A stretch of 64,000 nucleotides of DNA from positions 114,112 through 178,111 of the forward strand of contig PEZQ01000003.1 in NCBI GenBank assembly GCA_002763265.1, given 5' to 3'. This DNA comes from an archaeon CG10_big_fil_rev_8_21_14_0_10_43_11 (GTDB lineage: Archaea; Nanobdellota; Nanobdellia; PEZQ01). Below, piece by piece: positions 17,270 through 26,146 of the stretch (position 1 is the first letter of the stretch; each line of letters begins with the position of its first letter). A model generated the notes under the pieces. It was not told where the DNA came from and did no database searches. It was given only the letters and a program-made list of their open reading frames with translations. The translations under genes and the position numbers were made by a program.

Positions 17270-18340
17270 TTAGTTTTCACGTGCTGCAAGTTCTTCATCA
17301 ATGATTTGCTGGAATAAGTTAAATGGTTGCGCACCATTTAAAAAGCGTCCATTCACAAAGAATGCAGGAGTTCCGCCCACGCCCTGGGCAATGCCTTCAG
17401 CCATGTCAGCTGCAACTTCTGCAGCGTTCTCTGAATTATCAAGGCACGCATTAAACGCATCCATGTCAAGACCTAACCCGCTTGCGTATGCTTTTAGTTC
17501 TAAAATAGTGAGGTTTGCTTGGTTCTCAAACAAGGTGTCATGCATTTGCCAGAACATGTCCTGGTCGTGTGCGCATTGCGCTGCTTCTGCTGCTTTTTGC
17601 GCGTTCTCATGGAAGCTTAATGGGTAGTCTTTGAACACAACACGCACGTTTCCGGTGTCAACGTACTCGCTTTCAATTTGTTGAAGCGTTGATTTGTAAA
17701 ACGTTGCGCAATACGGGCACTGGAAGTCGCTAAACTCAACAATGGTTACTGGCGCCATTGGGTCTCCTTTTATCGGGTCGTCTGCGTCAAGGGTAACATT
17801 GTATCGTGGTTCAACATACTCTACGAGCGTAAATGAACCGTCCTGCTCAACTGTTTGGTAGTTGTCTTCAAAAATTTCTGGACTCCTGAACACGAGTGTT
17901 CCATCACTTGCCACGTCACCAACGCTCGGCCATACCTGCATGAGGCTTGCAATTGAAGATGCGTTCTTATCAAGAATAAAGGTTGGTATCTTTGTGATGC
18001 CATATTTCTCAATATATGCTCGTGCTTCTTCACTTAATGCGTCAATGCTTTGTTCAACAATGCTCATGCCTGACTGGCTCGTGTACTGTTCAAGAATTTG
18101 CTTATTGACGCTGACGTCAAAACATGAACTGCACGAGCTATCAACAATGTAGGTAAGCGTTACTGAACGTGCTTGTGTGGGCGTATTGATTACGCTGCCG
18201 GTTGTTTCAGGAGTTGATGTAGTTCCCATAACGGATGCAGCAATAAATCCTACAACAAAGAAAACAAACGCGATACCAATAAAGCCAAGATGTTTCTTGC
18301 TTACGTTGATAACGAGCTCATTTTTGTGCTTTCGTGTCAT
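17270..18340 (-). CDS. membrane-anchored DsbA-family thiol:disulfide oxidoreductase (paralog, with extra N-terminal domain)
   Basis: The active site is FSDFQCPYCATF and the DsbA-like region is LSFHENAQKAAEAAQCA. An N-terminal TM helix and an extra ~150-aa domain containing CSSCFD are present. Confidence 0.85.
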   Translation of the reverse strand: MTRKHKNELVINVSKKHLGFIGIAFVFFVVGFIAASVMGTTSTPETTGSVINTPTQARSVTLTYIVDSSCSSCFDVSVNKQILEQYTSQSGMSIVEQSIDALSEEARAYIEKYGITKIPTFILDKNASSIASLMQVWPSVGDVASDGTLVFRSPEIFEDNYQTVEQDGSFTLVEYVEPRYNVTLDADDPIKGDPMAPVTIVEFSDFQCPYCATFYKSTLQQIESEYVDTGNVRVVFKDYPLSFHENAQKAAEAAQCAHDQDMFWQMHDTLFENQANLTILELKAYASGLGLDMDAFNACLDNSENAAEVAADMAEGIAQGVGGTPAFFVNGRFLNGAQPFNLFQQIIDEELAAREN

Positions 18341-18449
18341 ACCAAGCTACTACTCTAACGCACTATTTAAAGATTTATTCAATACGAGAAAAAAAATAAA
18401 AGAAAAATATCAAAAAAAATTAGAGTTGATTAACCAAGCTCAAATGTGC

Positions 18450-18611
18450 TTACACATCATAAGGGCGAAGCGTTTTTCTGCCGTTTTCTTTTGCTCGCTT
18501 TTTTGCGTCGTTAATCAATGCAGTAATTGCATTTTCAAGAGCATCGAAGAAATCTGATGAGGCTCTTAGTCCGTCTAGTTCTTCACGTACTTTACTTTTT
18601 ACGATCTTCAT
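18450..18611 (-). CDS. 53-aa histone-fold-like protein ending at the start of helix alpha3 (not in the ORF track, below 60 aa)
   Basis: Translation: MKIVKSKVREELDGLRASSDFFDALENAITALINDAKKRAKENGRKTLRPYDV. The C-terminus AKENGRKTLRPYDV matches the archaeal histone L2/alpha3 signature (A)GRKT(I/L)xxxD(I/V). The Shine-Dalgarno AGGTGA (18621-18626) lies 9 nt upstream of the ATG. Confidence 0.55.
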   Translation of the reverse strand: MKIVKSKVREELDGLRASSDFFDALENAITALINDAKKRAKENGRKTLRPYDV

Positions 18612-18703
18612 GGTTTTAATTCACCTGTACTACAATCACAAACCCTTCTTTTTTTAATAATTTGCGCTGTTTTAACCACTTCTTTTAAATAGTGATTGGG
18701 TAA

Positions 18704-19834
18704 TCACACAAATTCAAACGCAGGAGGGCTGCTCTTCTTTTTACCGCTACCCACCTGTTTGAGCACGTCTTCAGTGGTAATTTTTTGCGTGTTTTCAAGA
18801 ATGGATGCGTGGTATGCGTGCTCAATCAACCCAATCATATCCCGACCCGAGTAGTTTGGCGTTTGTTTTGCAATGCGTGAAAAGTCAACATCAAATGGTT
18901 TTGTTACGCCACTAAAATAGTTCTTAAAAAAGAGTTCGCGCTCACGTTCTGAAAATGGTTTGAACGCGATTCTGCTTCGAAGTCTGCTGGTAACTGCCCG
19001 GTCAAGAACGGTATTAAGATTTGTTGCACCAATAAACACGTGACCGGGGTGTTCGACAAATTCGTCAAGGTTTACGAGAAGTGCATTAACTGTTTCAAGC
19101 GCGTCACCACGCATGCTTTGATTTTTTGAGCGGTTGTATCCAATGCCGTCAATCTCATCAACAAACACAACTGAACGTTCTTTAGCAAGTGCTTCTTCAA
19201 AGAATTCCCGAATCTGTTTTGCACTTTCCCCAATATAGTTTCCCACAAGGGCAGTTGCACTTGAGAAAAAGAAGGGCGCTTTTGTTTGTGACGCAATAAC
19301 GCGGGCAAGATAGGTTTTTCCCGTTCCAGGACCGCCCTGGAATAAGTTCATATTTGGGGGGAATGAACCAAACAGTTCTGGTTGTTCTATATAATGGCAA
19401 ATAAGGCGCGCGCGTTGTTTTGCTTGGTCTTGTCCTATCACATCATCAAGTGTGAGATTTTTTTCTTTTGTAAAGCGGGTTGATTTCTTTGGTTCTGCAA
19501 AATCCTGAATAACAAATTGTGTTTTTGGGATAATAATTGCTTCTTTTGTAGGGTGATTGTTAAAATATGTGATGTTTTTTACCCGAAAGTATTGGCCAAA
19601 TGATGGTTCAAATATCACCTCACCACATCCCATGTACGAGTATTCATTGCATAGTTCACGGATAAGATGTTCATAATCAGTGCCTAATTGAAATGGCTCT
19701 CCTTGCATCATTTGAAGTCGTTGTAAGTGCACGACTTTTGCATTAGCTGGAGTTGGGAGAAAATGCTGTTTCTGCGTTTTTTTGGGCTTTTTTATGCTAA
19801 CATATTTTCCAAGATTACCTTGTTTCACACCCAT
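18704..19834 (-). CDS. classical AAA-family ATPase, single AAA domain with ~150-aa unknown N-domain
   Basis: Walker A is GGPGTGKTYLA, Walker B is VVFVDEIDGIG, and the second region of homology is GATNLNTVLDRAVTSRLRSRI. Confidence 0.85.
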   Translation of the reverse strand: MGVKQGNLGKYVSIKKPKKTQKQHFLPTPANAKVVHLQRLQMMQGEPFQLGTDYEHLIRELCNEYSYMGCGEVIFEPSFGQYFRVKNITYFNNHPTKEAIIIPKTQFVIQDFAEPKKSTRFTKEKNLTLDDVIGQDQAKQRARLICHYIEQPELFGSFPPNMNLFQGGPGTGKTYLARVIASQTKAPFFFSSATALVGNYIGESAKQIREFFEEALAKERSVVFVDEIDGIGYNRSKNQSMRGDALETVNALLVNLDEFVEHPGHVFIGATNLNTVLDRAVTSRLRSRIAFKPFSERERELFFKNYFSGVTKPFDVDFSRIAKQTPNYSGRDMIGLIEHAYHASILENTQKITTEDVLKQVGSGKKKSSPPAFEFV

Positions 19835-19921
19835 TCACGTTTCTAATTGGTTTAAAAGCATTTGTCTGTTTGAGCGCACATAAAAAGGTTTTTTAATCGT
19901 GCACGCCCCAATAACAAAGTA

Positions 19922-20776
19922 ATGGCTAAGAAGAAAGCGCCTCAACGGAATCGTACGCGTGCAAAAGAGGCAGTCATTAAGTCTTCTCAAAAACTCAAGC
20001 TTCAGGTTGGCACAAAAGAACTCAAGGACTTGAAAGCAACAATTCTCACACTGGTAACCGCGATTGTTTTTATTGGGTTGTGCACCATGCTTTTACTTGC
20101 AACAAAAAACCCGCTTGGCGCGTACTTTCTTGCAGTAGGTGAAATTGCGTTTGTGCTTGCTCTTATTTATGAACTCAAACAAAGCACGCGTGCACTTATT
20201 AAAGAGCACGTGAAAAAATCACGCGTGTTTGAACTTGTTTCTGACCTGATTTTTACGCTCAGCACTGCGTTTGTGATTTTCTCTCTTTTTATTGCTATTC
20301 TTGCGCTCAAAGTGGTTATCATGCATTCTCCAGACCAGCTCAAAACTGCAGCGATTATTGCAATACCCTTACTTGCCGTGCCTCTTCTTTTATGGGATTC
20401 GGTGTTTGATTATTTTAAAAATCACATGAACAAGTTTCGATGGTTTTTTATTCTCTTACTCTTACCCACGCTTTTCGCGTTTGCACACGGGTTTAACGTG
20501 TCAACAATTGATGATGCGGTTTCGGCATTAAGCAACACGCAAGAAATTCTAAATACTACCTCAAGCGTGTTTGCATTTGCAGGAAACGCGTCAAGCTTTT
20601 TAGGTCAGCAAAAACAAGTGATTAGCGAAGCGCTTGGCCTTTCAGATACGCAAACAAATATCGCGCTTGGCATTATTATTTTGCTCGCGCTGATTATTGC
20701 CATGAATTTTCTTGAAAGCATTGCAAAATGGCTTATTCTCATTCTTATTGCAGTCTTCATATTCCTGCTTCTCTAA
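19922..20776 (+). CDS. polytopic membrane protein, function unknown
   Basis: 284-aa ORF with a basic N-terminus and about 6 TM helices. Confidence 0.6.
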   Translation: MAKKKAPQRNRTRAKEAVIKSSQKLKLQVGTKELKDLKATILTLVTAIVFIGLCTMLLLATKNPLGAYFLAVGEIAFVLALIYELKQSTRALIKEHVKKSRVFELVSDLIFTLSTAFVIFSLFIAILALKVVIMHSPDQLKTAAIIAIPLLAVPLLLWDSVFDYFKNHMNKFRWFFILLLLPTLFAFAHGFNVSTIDDAVSALSNTQEILNTTSSVFAFAGNASSFLGQQKQVISEALGLSDTQTNIALGIIILLALIIAMNFLESIAKWLILILIAVFIFLLL

Positions 20777-20882
20777 AGCATTATAATTATGATACTGCAT
20801 AAACCACCCACGTGGCGTACAAGAATACGTTCACACTATCGTGTTTTTTTTTGATGAAGCGTGCTGATGAGCAACTTCCTCT

Positions 20883-21314
20883 TTAAGTGCTACTCATGGT
20901 AACCAGCCATGATGCGTCAAAACGTTCTATTTTTAGATTCATGCGCGAGCCTGATATGAATACGCCGCGAATGTCTTGCGTGTTGTTTTCGCACGCTTCA
21001 TAGAGGGTTCCAGGAACGCTTGCGCACAGCATGTTGCCGTCAACAAATACTTCATACGAGTATCGATTAATGCGGGAGGGAAGGTCTATGCGGAGTGTGA
21101 TTGTTTTGTCTTCAAACACGTTTGCGTAATACTCAATAGATGATGCTGATGTTTGAATTTGTTTTACCACGTTTTTAAGATGGAAGTCCATTGCTTCATT
21201 AATCACAAGGGGTCCTAAGTATTGTGAGAACAGGTACGTGACTGCAATGACCACAACAATGCCCACTGCAAAACCTAAAAATTCTGTGAGTATTTGAATT
21301 TGTCCGCGTTTCAT
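20883..21314 (-). CDS. putative archaeal type-IV-pilin-like protein (class III signal peptide)
   Basis: The N-terminus MKRGQIQILTEFLGFAVGIVVVIAV has a basic residue, Gly-Gln, then a hydrophobic helix. This is the prepilin-peptidase substrate pattern. Confidence 0.5.
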   Translation of the reverse strand: MKRGQIQILTEFLGFAVGIVVVIAVTYLFSQYLGPLVINEAMDFHLKNVVKQIQTSASSIEYYANVFEDKTITLRIDLPSRINRYSYEVFVDGNMLCASVPGTLYEACENNTQDIRGVFISGSRMNLKIERFDASWLVTMSST

Positions 21315-22099
21315 AATAAGAGAAGCTCTTGTGAAATTTCCAGGCTCTTTTTTCGTTCAAGAGCGTGTTGTTTTTGGGATTCGCCTTCATCAGCGAGGAG
21401 TTCGCCATTTGCAAGTGCGGTATTGACGCGGCTCAACTCTTTTGTGCTCTCAGCAAGTTTTTCGCTTATTATTTTTTGCGCATCTTTTTTGAGAAGATGG
21501 CTCATTTTTTTGGGGCGGATAAAGTTTGCATTAAGCGCGTGGCAAATCTCAGCCATGTTTTCATCAAGATGGTAGGTAGTAGTGTTATCCTCTTTTGTCG
21601 GGTGTCCGCTCACAAGAGCAAGGCAGAGTCCTTCTTTTTTTGTTGGGTCAAAGACGCCAAGGGCTTTTACCCACACCGTGATGCTTGCGGTTTCTTTGAT
21701 AAGAAACAAGACGAGTGCGCTAATAGTAAAGATTCCAAACAGGGTTTGCAAGGACGCGTACTGGGATGGTGATGAGAAAAATAAATAGAAGCCAAAAGTG
21801 CCAAGGGCAAGAAGTGCGCATAGTTTCCATACGCGTGAGAACTTGGTTCCCTGCATGATTTTTCTTTTTGCGCGCGTGCGCACCATAAACGCGTTGTGCG
21901 AGGCGTTAGCAAGCGCGTGACGCGCGTCAGGGTGTTTTGCTACGTGCACATCATGCTGGTGAATACTGTAATCAAGGTTAGTGAGTGCTCGTCGAATAAA
22001 CTCGCCAAATTCGTGAATATCATCAATCTTGAAGATAGTGTTGTGATGCGCGTTTCGTGATTTGAGAAATTCTGTGCTAAAACCCTCTTGATTTGACAT
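21311..22099 (-). CDS. hypothetical membrane protein (2 central TM helices, coiled-coil C-terminus)
   Basis: 262-aa ORF whose stop overlaps the pilin-like gene start (ATGA), which suggests co-translation. Confidence 0.55.
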   Translation of the reverse strand: MSNQEGFSTEFLKSRNAHHNTIFKIDDIHEFGEFIRRALTNLDYSIHQHDVHVAKHPDARHALANASHNAFMVRTRAKRKIMQGTKFSRVWKLCALLALGTFGFYLFFSSPSQYASLQTLFGIFTISALVLFLIKETASITVWVKALGVFDPTKKEGLCLALVSGHPTKEDNTTTYHLDENMAEICHALNANFIRPKKMSHLLKKDAQKIISEKLAESTKELSRVNTALANGELLADEGESQKQHALERKKSLEISQELLLL

Positions 22100-22140
22100 A
22101 CTACTCTCAATAAGACGGGCTTTGCATTTAAAAATTTGCT

Positions 22141-23289
22141 TTACGCGTGCTTTAGATTAATTATTGCATAGCTTGGCGTGCCGTATCCAAGTTCGTGGCG
22201 CGATTGGATTTTGAATTTGAATTCTTCTGCTAAATCGCGCACCATGTCGTGCTGGTTTGTGAGAATAGTCATGCGCCGTTTGACTAAGTATTCTGCTTGG
22301 TAGAATAATTCTTTATAAAATTTGACAACTGCTTCTTTATTTGAGTGAAGCACGGGTGGAAATACAATAAAGGTGTTAACCTCTTGTTTTCCGTACTTGT
22401 CATCAAGCCAGTCAAGGTTGTAGCGCGAAAAATTGACTTGGCGTGCAACGCCGGCAAGCCGAGCGTTCTTGTTGCTGCCGTCAACGTTTTTTACAAACGT
22501 ATCCATTCCTTGCACGCGCACGTTTCGTGACGTGTTTGCAAGCGCGTCATATTCCTGGTATGTTTGGCGCACCTCCTGTTTTGAGAGCACGTCCCAGTTG
22601 AGAAATGAGAATTTTTCTTTTCGCTCAGCACCAGGTGGCATAGCAAACGCCAAAAGTGCTGCTTCAATAATAAGCGTGCCATCCCCACAGTGGGGGTCAA
22701 CAAGCAAGTGTTTGTCAGGATTCCACCCGTTATAGGTAAGCAGTGCGTTTGCAAGGCTTGGGCGAAGAGGGTTTGGCGCGTGATAGACTTTATAGCCGCG
22801 TTTGTTAAGTGATTCCCCGCTTGTGTTAAGACCAACCATGCAGGTGTTGTTGGTAATAATAGCTGATACGTTTAGGTCAGGGTAGGTTAAGTCAACTTTG
22901 GGTTTCCATCCTTTTGTTTTTTTGAGGTTATCCATGACTACGCCACCCATTTCAGCGTTCACGTCATGTGATTTGAATTCGTGTGTTCCTGCGCGTTCGC
23001 AGGATACGGCAAAGGTTTTTGTTTTTTTAAAAAAAGGGGAGAAATCTGCGCTTGCTGCGCGCGCTATAAGTTCATCAAAATGGGAGAAGGAGTATTCTGC
23101 GAGCAAAAGGTCTACGCGTTCAACCACGCGTGATGCGTAATTGAGCCGCGCAATATCAAGCAGGTCGTTTGTTTTGACGCGCACAAAACCGTTTTTGATG
23201 GTTGCTTTTTTGCTCAGTGTTTGTTCAACATCTGTTTTTGCAAACGCTTCTAGTCCGGGCGTTGTTTGACATACGAGCTCGTAGTGCAT
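22141..23289 (-). CDS. THUMP-domain RNA (guanine-N2) methyltransferase (Trm14/RlmL-like)
   Basis: The SAM motif is VDPHCGDGTLIIEAAL, a THUMP-like N-terminal half is present, and FPPVLHS corresponds to the (D/N)PP(Y/F) motif. Confidence 0.8.
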   Translation of the reverse strand: MHYELVCQTTPGLEAFAKTDVEQTLSKKATIKNGFVRVKTNDLLDIARLNYASRVVERVDLLLAEYSFSHFDELIARAASADFSPFFKKTKTFAVSCERAGTHEFKSHDVNAEMGGVVMDNLKKTKGWKPKVDLTYPDLNVSAIITNNTCMVGLNTSGESLNKRGYKVYHAPNPLRPSLANALLTYNGWNPDKHLLVDPHCGDGTLIIEAALLAFAMPPGAERKEKFSFLNWDVLSKQEVRQTYQEYDALANTSRNVRVQGMDTFVKNVDGSNKNARLAGVARQVNFSRYNLDWLDDKYGKQEVNTFIVFPPVLHSNKEAVVKFYKELFYQAEYLVKRRMTILTNQHDMVRDLAEEFKFKIQSRHELGYGTPSYAIINLKHA

Positions 23290-23324
23290 ACTGTTTTAAA
23301 CTTGTTTTTCCCATTTAAACACGT

Positions 23325-24023
23325 ATGGTACGCGTGCTTATCAATCAAGAGGGGCTTATTCACCGCGTGCGGGGTGATGGTGATATTCACACCAATAATG
23401 GGGTTGTGTTAAAAAAGGATTTGGAAAACCCGCCAAAAGTGGTGAAAAGCCATTCGGGTTATGCATTTCTTTATGCTGATGCAAATAGTGCTGATTTGTT
23501 TGAACTTATGCGGCGCGGACCGCAAATTATTACGTTAAAGGATGCGGGCTATATTGTTGCGCGCACCGGCATTACCCGGAATAGTGTGGTGTTTGACGCG
23601 GGCGGGGGTAGTGGCGCGCTCTCGCTGTTTTTATCATTGCATGCAAAGAAAGTGTATTGTTATGAACGCAGGGATGATTTTATCAAAATAATCGCGCACA
23701 ATATTGCGTTGTTTGGCGCAAAAAACGTGGTGCTCAAAGAAGCTGACGTGTATGATGGTGTGAAGGTTAAAAATGTGGATGTGGCAACCCTTGACTTGAA
23801 AGAACCGTGGCGTGTTGACCCGTCATTTGTGAAACTGGGTGGTTATGTGGTTGTGTATGTTCCGACTATTAATCAGGTTGAAAAAGCGCGTTTTGCGGGT
23901 TTTGTGCTTGAAGAGGTGACTGAAATCATAAAACGGGACTGGAGAACTGACGCAATACTAAGACCAAAGAGCAAGATGATAGCACACACGGGTTTTCTAT
24001 GTTTTTTTCGCAGACTCAAATGA
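23325..24023 (+). CDS. trmI: tRNA (adenine-N1)-methyltransferase TrmI/Trm61 family
   Basis: SAM motif I is VFDAGGGSGALSLFLS and the family signature is LDLKEPW. Confidence 0.8.
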   Translation: MVRVLINQEGLIHRVRGDGDIHTNNGVVLKKDLENPPKVVKSHSGYAFLYADANSADLFELMRRGPQIITLKDAGYIVARTGITRNSVVFDAGGGSGALSLFLSLHAKKVYCYERRDDFIKIIAHNIALFGAKNVVLKEADVYDGVKVKNVDVATLDLKEPWRVDPSFVKLGGYVVVYVPTINQVEKARFAGFVLEEVTEIIKRDWRTDAILRPKSKMIAHTGFLCFFRRLK

Positions 24024-24440
24024 ACCGGTTTTCTTTCGTGTTTCGCGCATCTGGTCGTAAATAAGTGATTCTATTTTGTAGGGTTTTAGAATGCCTTTGA
24101 ACGTGAGCGAGTACCCGTCACTGCCAAATGTTTTGATTTTAACATCGCCCACGCCAACAAAGCGTTGAATCATGTTTTGATTGACTTCAACTTTGGTAAT
24201 AGCTTCAAAGCCAACGCTCTCGCTTCTTTTATTAAACAGGGAGAACTCGCTTGTCAGACGCTCATCAGTAACCGTGTAATTGGTTGTTTTTCGGTATAGT
24301 TCTATAAGCGGTGCGACTACAAAGGGTGTGATGAGTAGGGGTTTGAATATGAGTCCTGCTATAATCGTTGCCACGTACCATGGCGTGAAATGGAGGCGTG
24401 ATGTGGTGGTTTTTTTTATCAGACCCTTTTGTTTTGCCAT
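23997..24440 (-). CDS. membrane protein with bacterial PH (bPH_2, YdbS/YdbT-like) domain
   Basis: Two N-terminal TM helices are followed by YTVTDERLTSEFSLFNKRSESVGFEAITKVEVNQNMIQRFVGVGDVKI. Confidence 0.6.
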   Translation of the reverse strand: MAKQKGLIKKTTTSRLHFTPWYVATIIAGLIFKPLLITPFVVAPLIELYRKTTNYTVTDERLTSEFSLFNKRSESVGFEAITKVEVNQNMIQRFVGVGDVKIKTFGSDGYSLTFKGILKPYKIESLIYDQMRETRKKTGSFESAKKT

Positions 24441-24556
24441 ACTCTTATTCTAGACACGTGGTGATTTTAAAGAATATTGTTTACTATAAACAGGGTGGCA
24501 GGCGTGCGCGCACGGGAAAAATTTAATAAGCAGTCAAAACCTAGAACACTACTGTC

Positions 24557-25042
24557 ATGCGTGATTGTATTTTTTGCAAAATCGTTGCGGGTGAAATCCC
24601 TTCAGTCATGCTCTGGGAGGATGATGACCATGTTGCCATTCTTGATGTTGCCCCAAACACAAGGGGGATGACGCTGGTTCTTACAAAAAAGCACTATGCT
24701 TCAAACATTAGTTTCATTGATGATGACGTTTTCAAGCGTTTTATGATTGCTTCAAAACGGGTTGTGCGCGTTCTTGAAAAAGGGTTATCCGTGTCTCGTG
24801 TTGCGCTTGTTGTTGAGGGAACGGGTGTGAATCACGCGCATGCTAAGCTTTATCCGCTTCATGGGGTTTTAGCAGAGTTTCATTCTGCAGAACGTGATAC
24901 AAGAACGTTTTTTGACACGTATCAGGGCTTTGTGAGCACCCAGCTTGGTCCAAATGCTCAGGTCAAAGAGCTTAAAATGCTTGCACAAGAAATACGGAGA
25001 AAAAGCGGTGAAGAAGGCCAAACAAAGCTTTTAGACGCGTAG
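24557..25042 (+). CDS. HIT-family nucleotide hydrolase/transferase
   Basis: The N-terminus is CIFCKIVAGEIPS and the histidine-triad region is GVNHAHAKLYPLHG. Confidence 0.85.
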   Translation: MRDCIFCKIVAGEIPSVMLWEDDDHVAILDVAPNTRGMTLVLTKKHYASNISFIDDDVFKRFMIASKRVVRVLEKGLSVSRVALVVEGTGVNHAHAKLYPLHGVLAEFHSAERDTRTFFDTYQGFVSTQLGPNAQVKELKMLAQEIRRKSGEEGQTKLLDA

Positions 25043-25049
25043 TATTTAA

Positions 25050-25667
25050 GTGGAAACACTTATAAGCGCGCTTGTTAGCAAATCTGGTATGAATTTTGTT
25101 GTGTCTCTTGAGAGATTAGCAGTAAAACCCTTGGATGCGCTCTTTTTTGGGAAGTTTATCCATGCAAAAAGCGATGCAGAAGTTGAGTTGCTTGCGCAGA
25201 GCGTGTACGAGCAGGTAGACGCGTCTGGATTTGATTTTGACGCAGTTATTGGTGTAAAACGTGGCGGCATGCCGCTTGCGCGTTATTTATCGCAAAAGCT
25301 TGATGTGCCGCTTGATAGTATTGCTATCAAAACCCGGTCTGCATCACGTTTTAGTATGATTCCTTTTTTGCAGGACGTGAATTTTCCCGTGCAATTTACT
25401 GAGCTTCCGCAAGGGGCTTACAAAGGGCGAAGCGTGCTTGTTGTTGATGATGATGTGGCAACGGGAAAAACCCTTGAGCGCGCGCTTGATTATTTTGGTG
25501 AGGGCGCCAAAACAGCAGTTCTCTCAGACAGAACGTTTGGGCGCAGCGAGTTTAGGCCTGATTTTTATGGTGAGAAAGTTATGACTCTGCCAAAGTTTAT
25601 TGTGTTTCCGTGGAAGAGCGTTTCACCAGACTACCGCGACCCTTTAACCTTTGAGATTAGCGCATAA
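25050..25667 (+). CDS. type I phosphoribosyltransferase-domain protein
   Basis: The PRPP-binding loop is SVLVVDDDVATGKTL, with VIGVKRGGMPLARYLS upstream. The start codon is GTG. Confidence 0.7.
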   Translation: METLISALVSKSGMNFVVSLERLAVKPLDALFFGKFIHAKSDAEVELLAQSVYEQVDASGFDFDAVIGVKRGGMPLARYLSQKLDVPLDSIAIKTRSASRFSMIPFLQDVNFPVQFTELPQGAYKGRSVLVVDDDVATGKTLERALDYFGEGAKTAVLSDRTFGRSEFRPDFYGEKVMTLPKFIVFPWKSVSPDYRDPLTFEISA

Positions 25668-25735
25668 CCCAATTCTGCAAGAAGAAAAGCAAGTAGAAGA
25701 AAAGTTTAATAGTATCTCAACAAGTTGAGAAATGC

Positions 25736-26146
25736 ATGGAAAAACAGATGAAAGAGGGGGGTATTTTAGCAATTCAGAAAACAGGAAATGTCAGTTTCTA
25801 TACCGCAAGCAGAAGTGAGAAATACCTTTTGGAAAAAAAGCTCTACAATATAAGGCAATTGCACGAATCCGGTCTAATTGAGTATATAAGAATAGAGCTG
25901 AGCAATCCCGCAATAGTCCTTTTCGGCTCATACGCAAGAGGAGAAGACACCGAAGAGAGTGATATAGACATCTACATCGAGACGCCTTCAAAAAATAAAG
26001 CCGTTCTTGCAAAGTATGAAAAGCAGCTCAAGCGCAAGATACAAGTATTCCAACACAAAAACATAAAAGAAATAACTAATCTGCATTTAGCAAACAACAT
26101 CATAAATGGGCTAACACTGAACAATTACATTGAGGTATTTACATGA
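25736..26146 (+). CDS. minimal nucleotidyltransferase (MNT-type, Pol-beta superfamily); N-terminally shorter than its paralog at 26654
   Basis: Contains the NTase motif LFGSYARGEDTEESDIDIYI. It is homologous over its length to the C-terminal two thirds of 26654..27178. Confidence 0.8.
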   Translation: MEKQMKEGGILAIQKTGNVSFYTASRSEKYLLEKKLYNIRQLHESGLIEYIRIELSNPAIVLFGSYARGEDTEESDIDIYIETPSKNKAVLAKYEKQLKRKIQVFQHKNIKEITNLHLANNIINGLTLNNYIEVFT

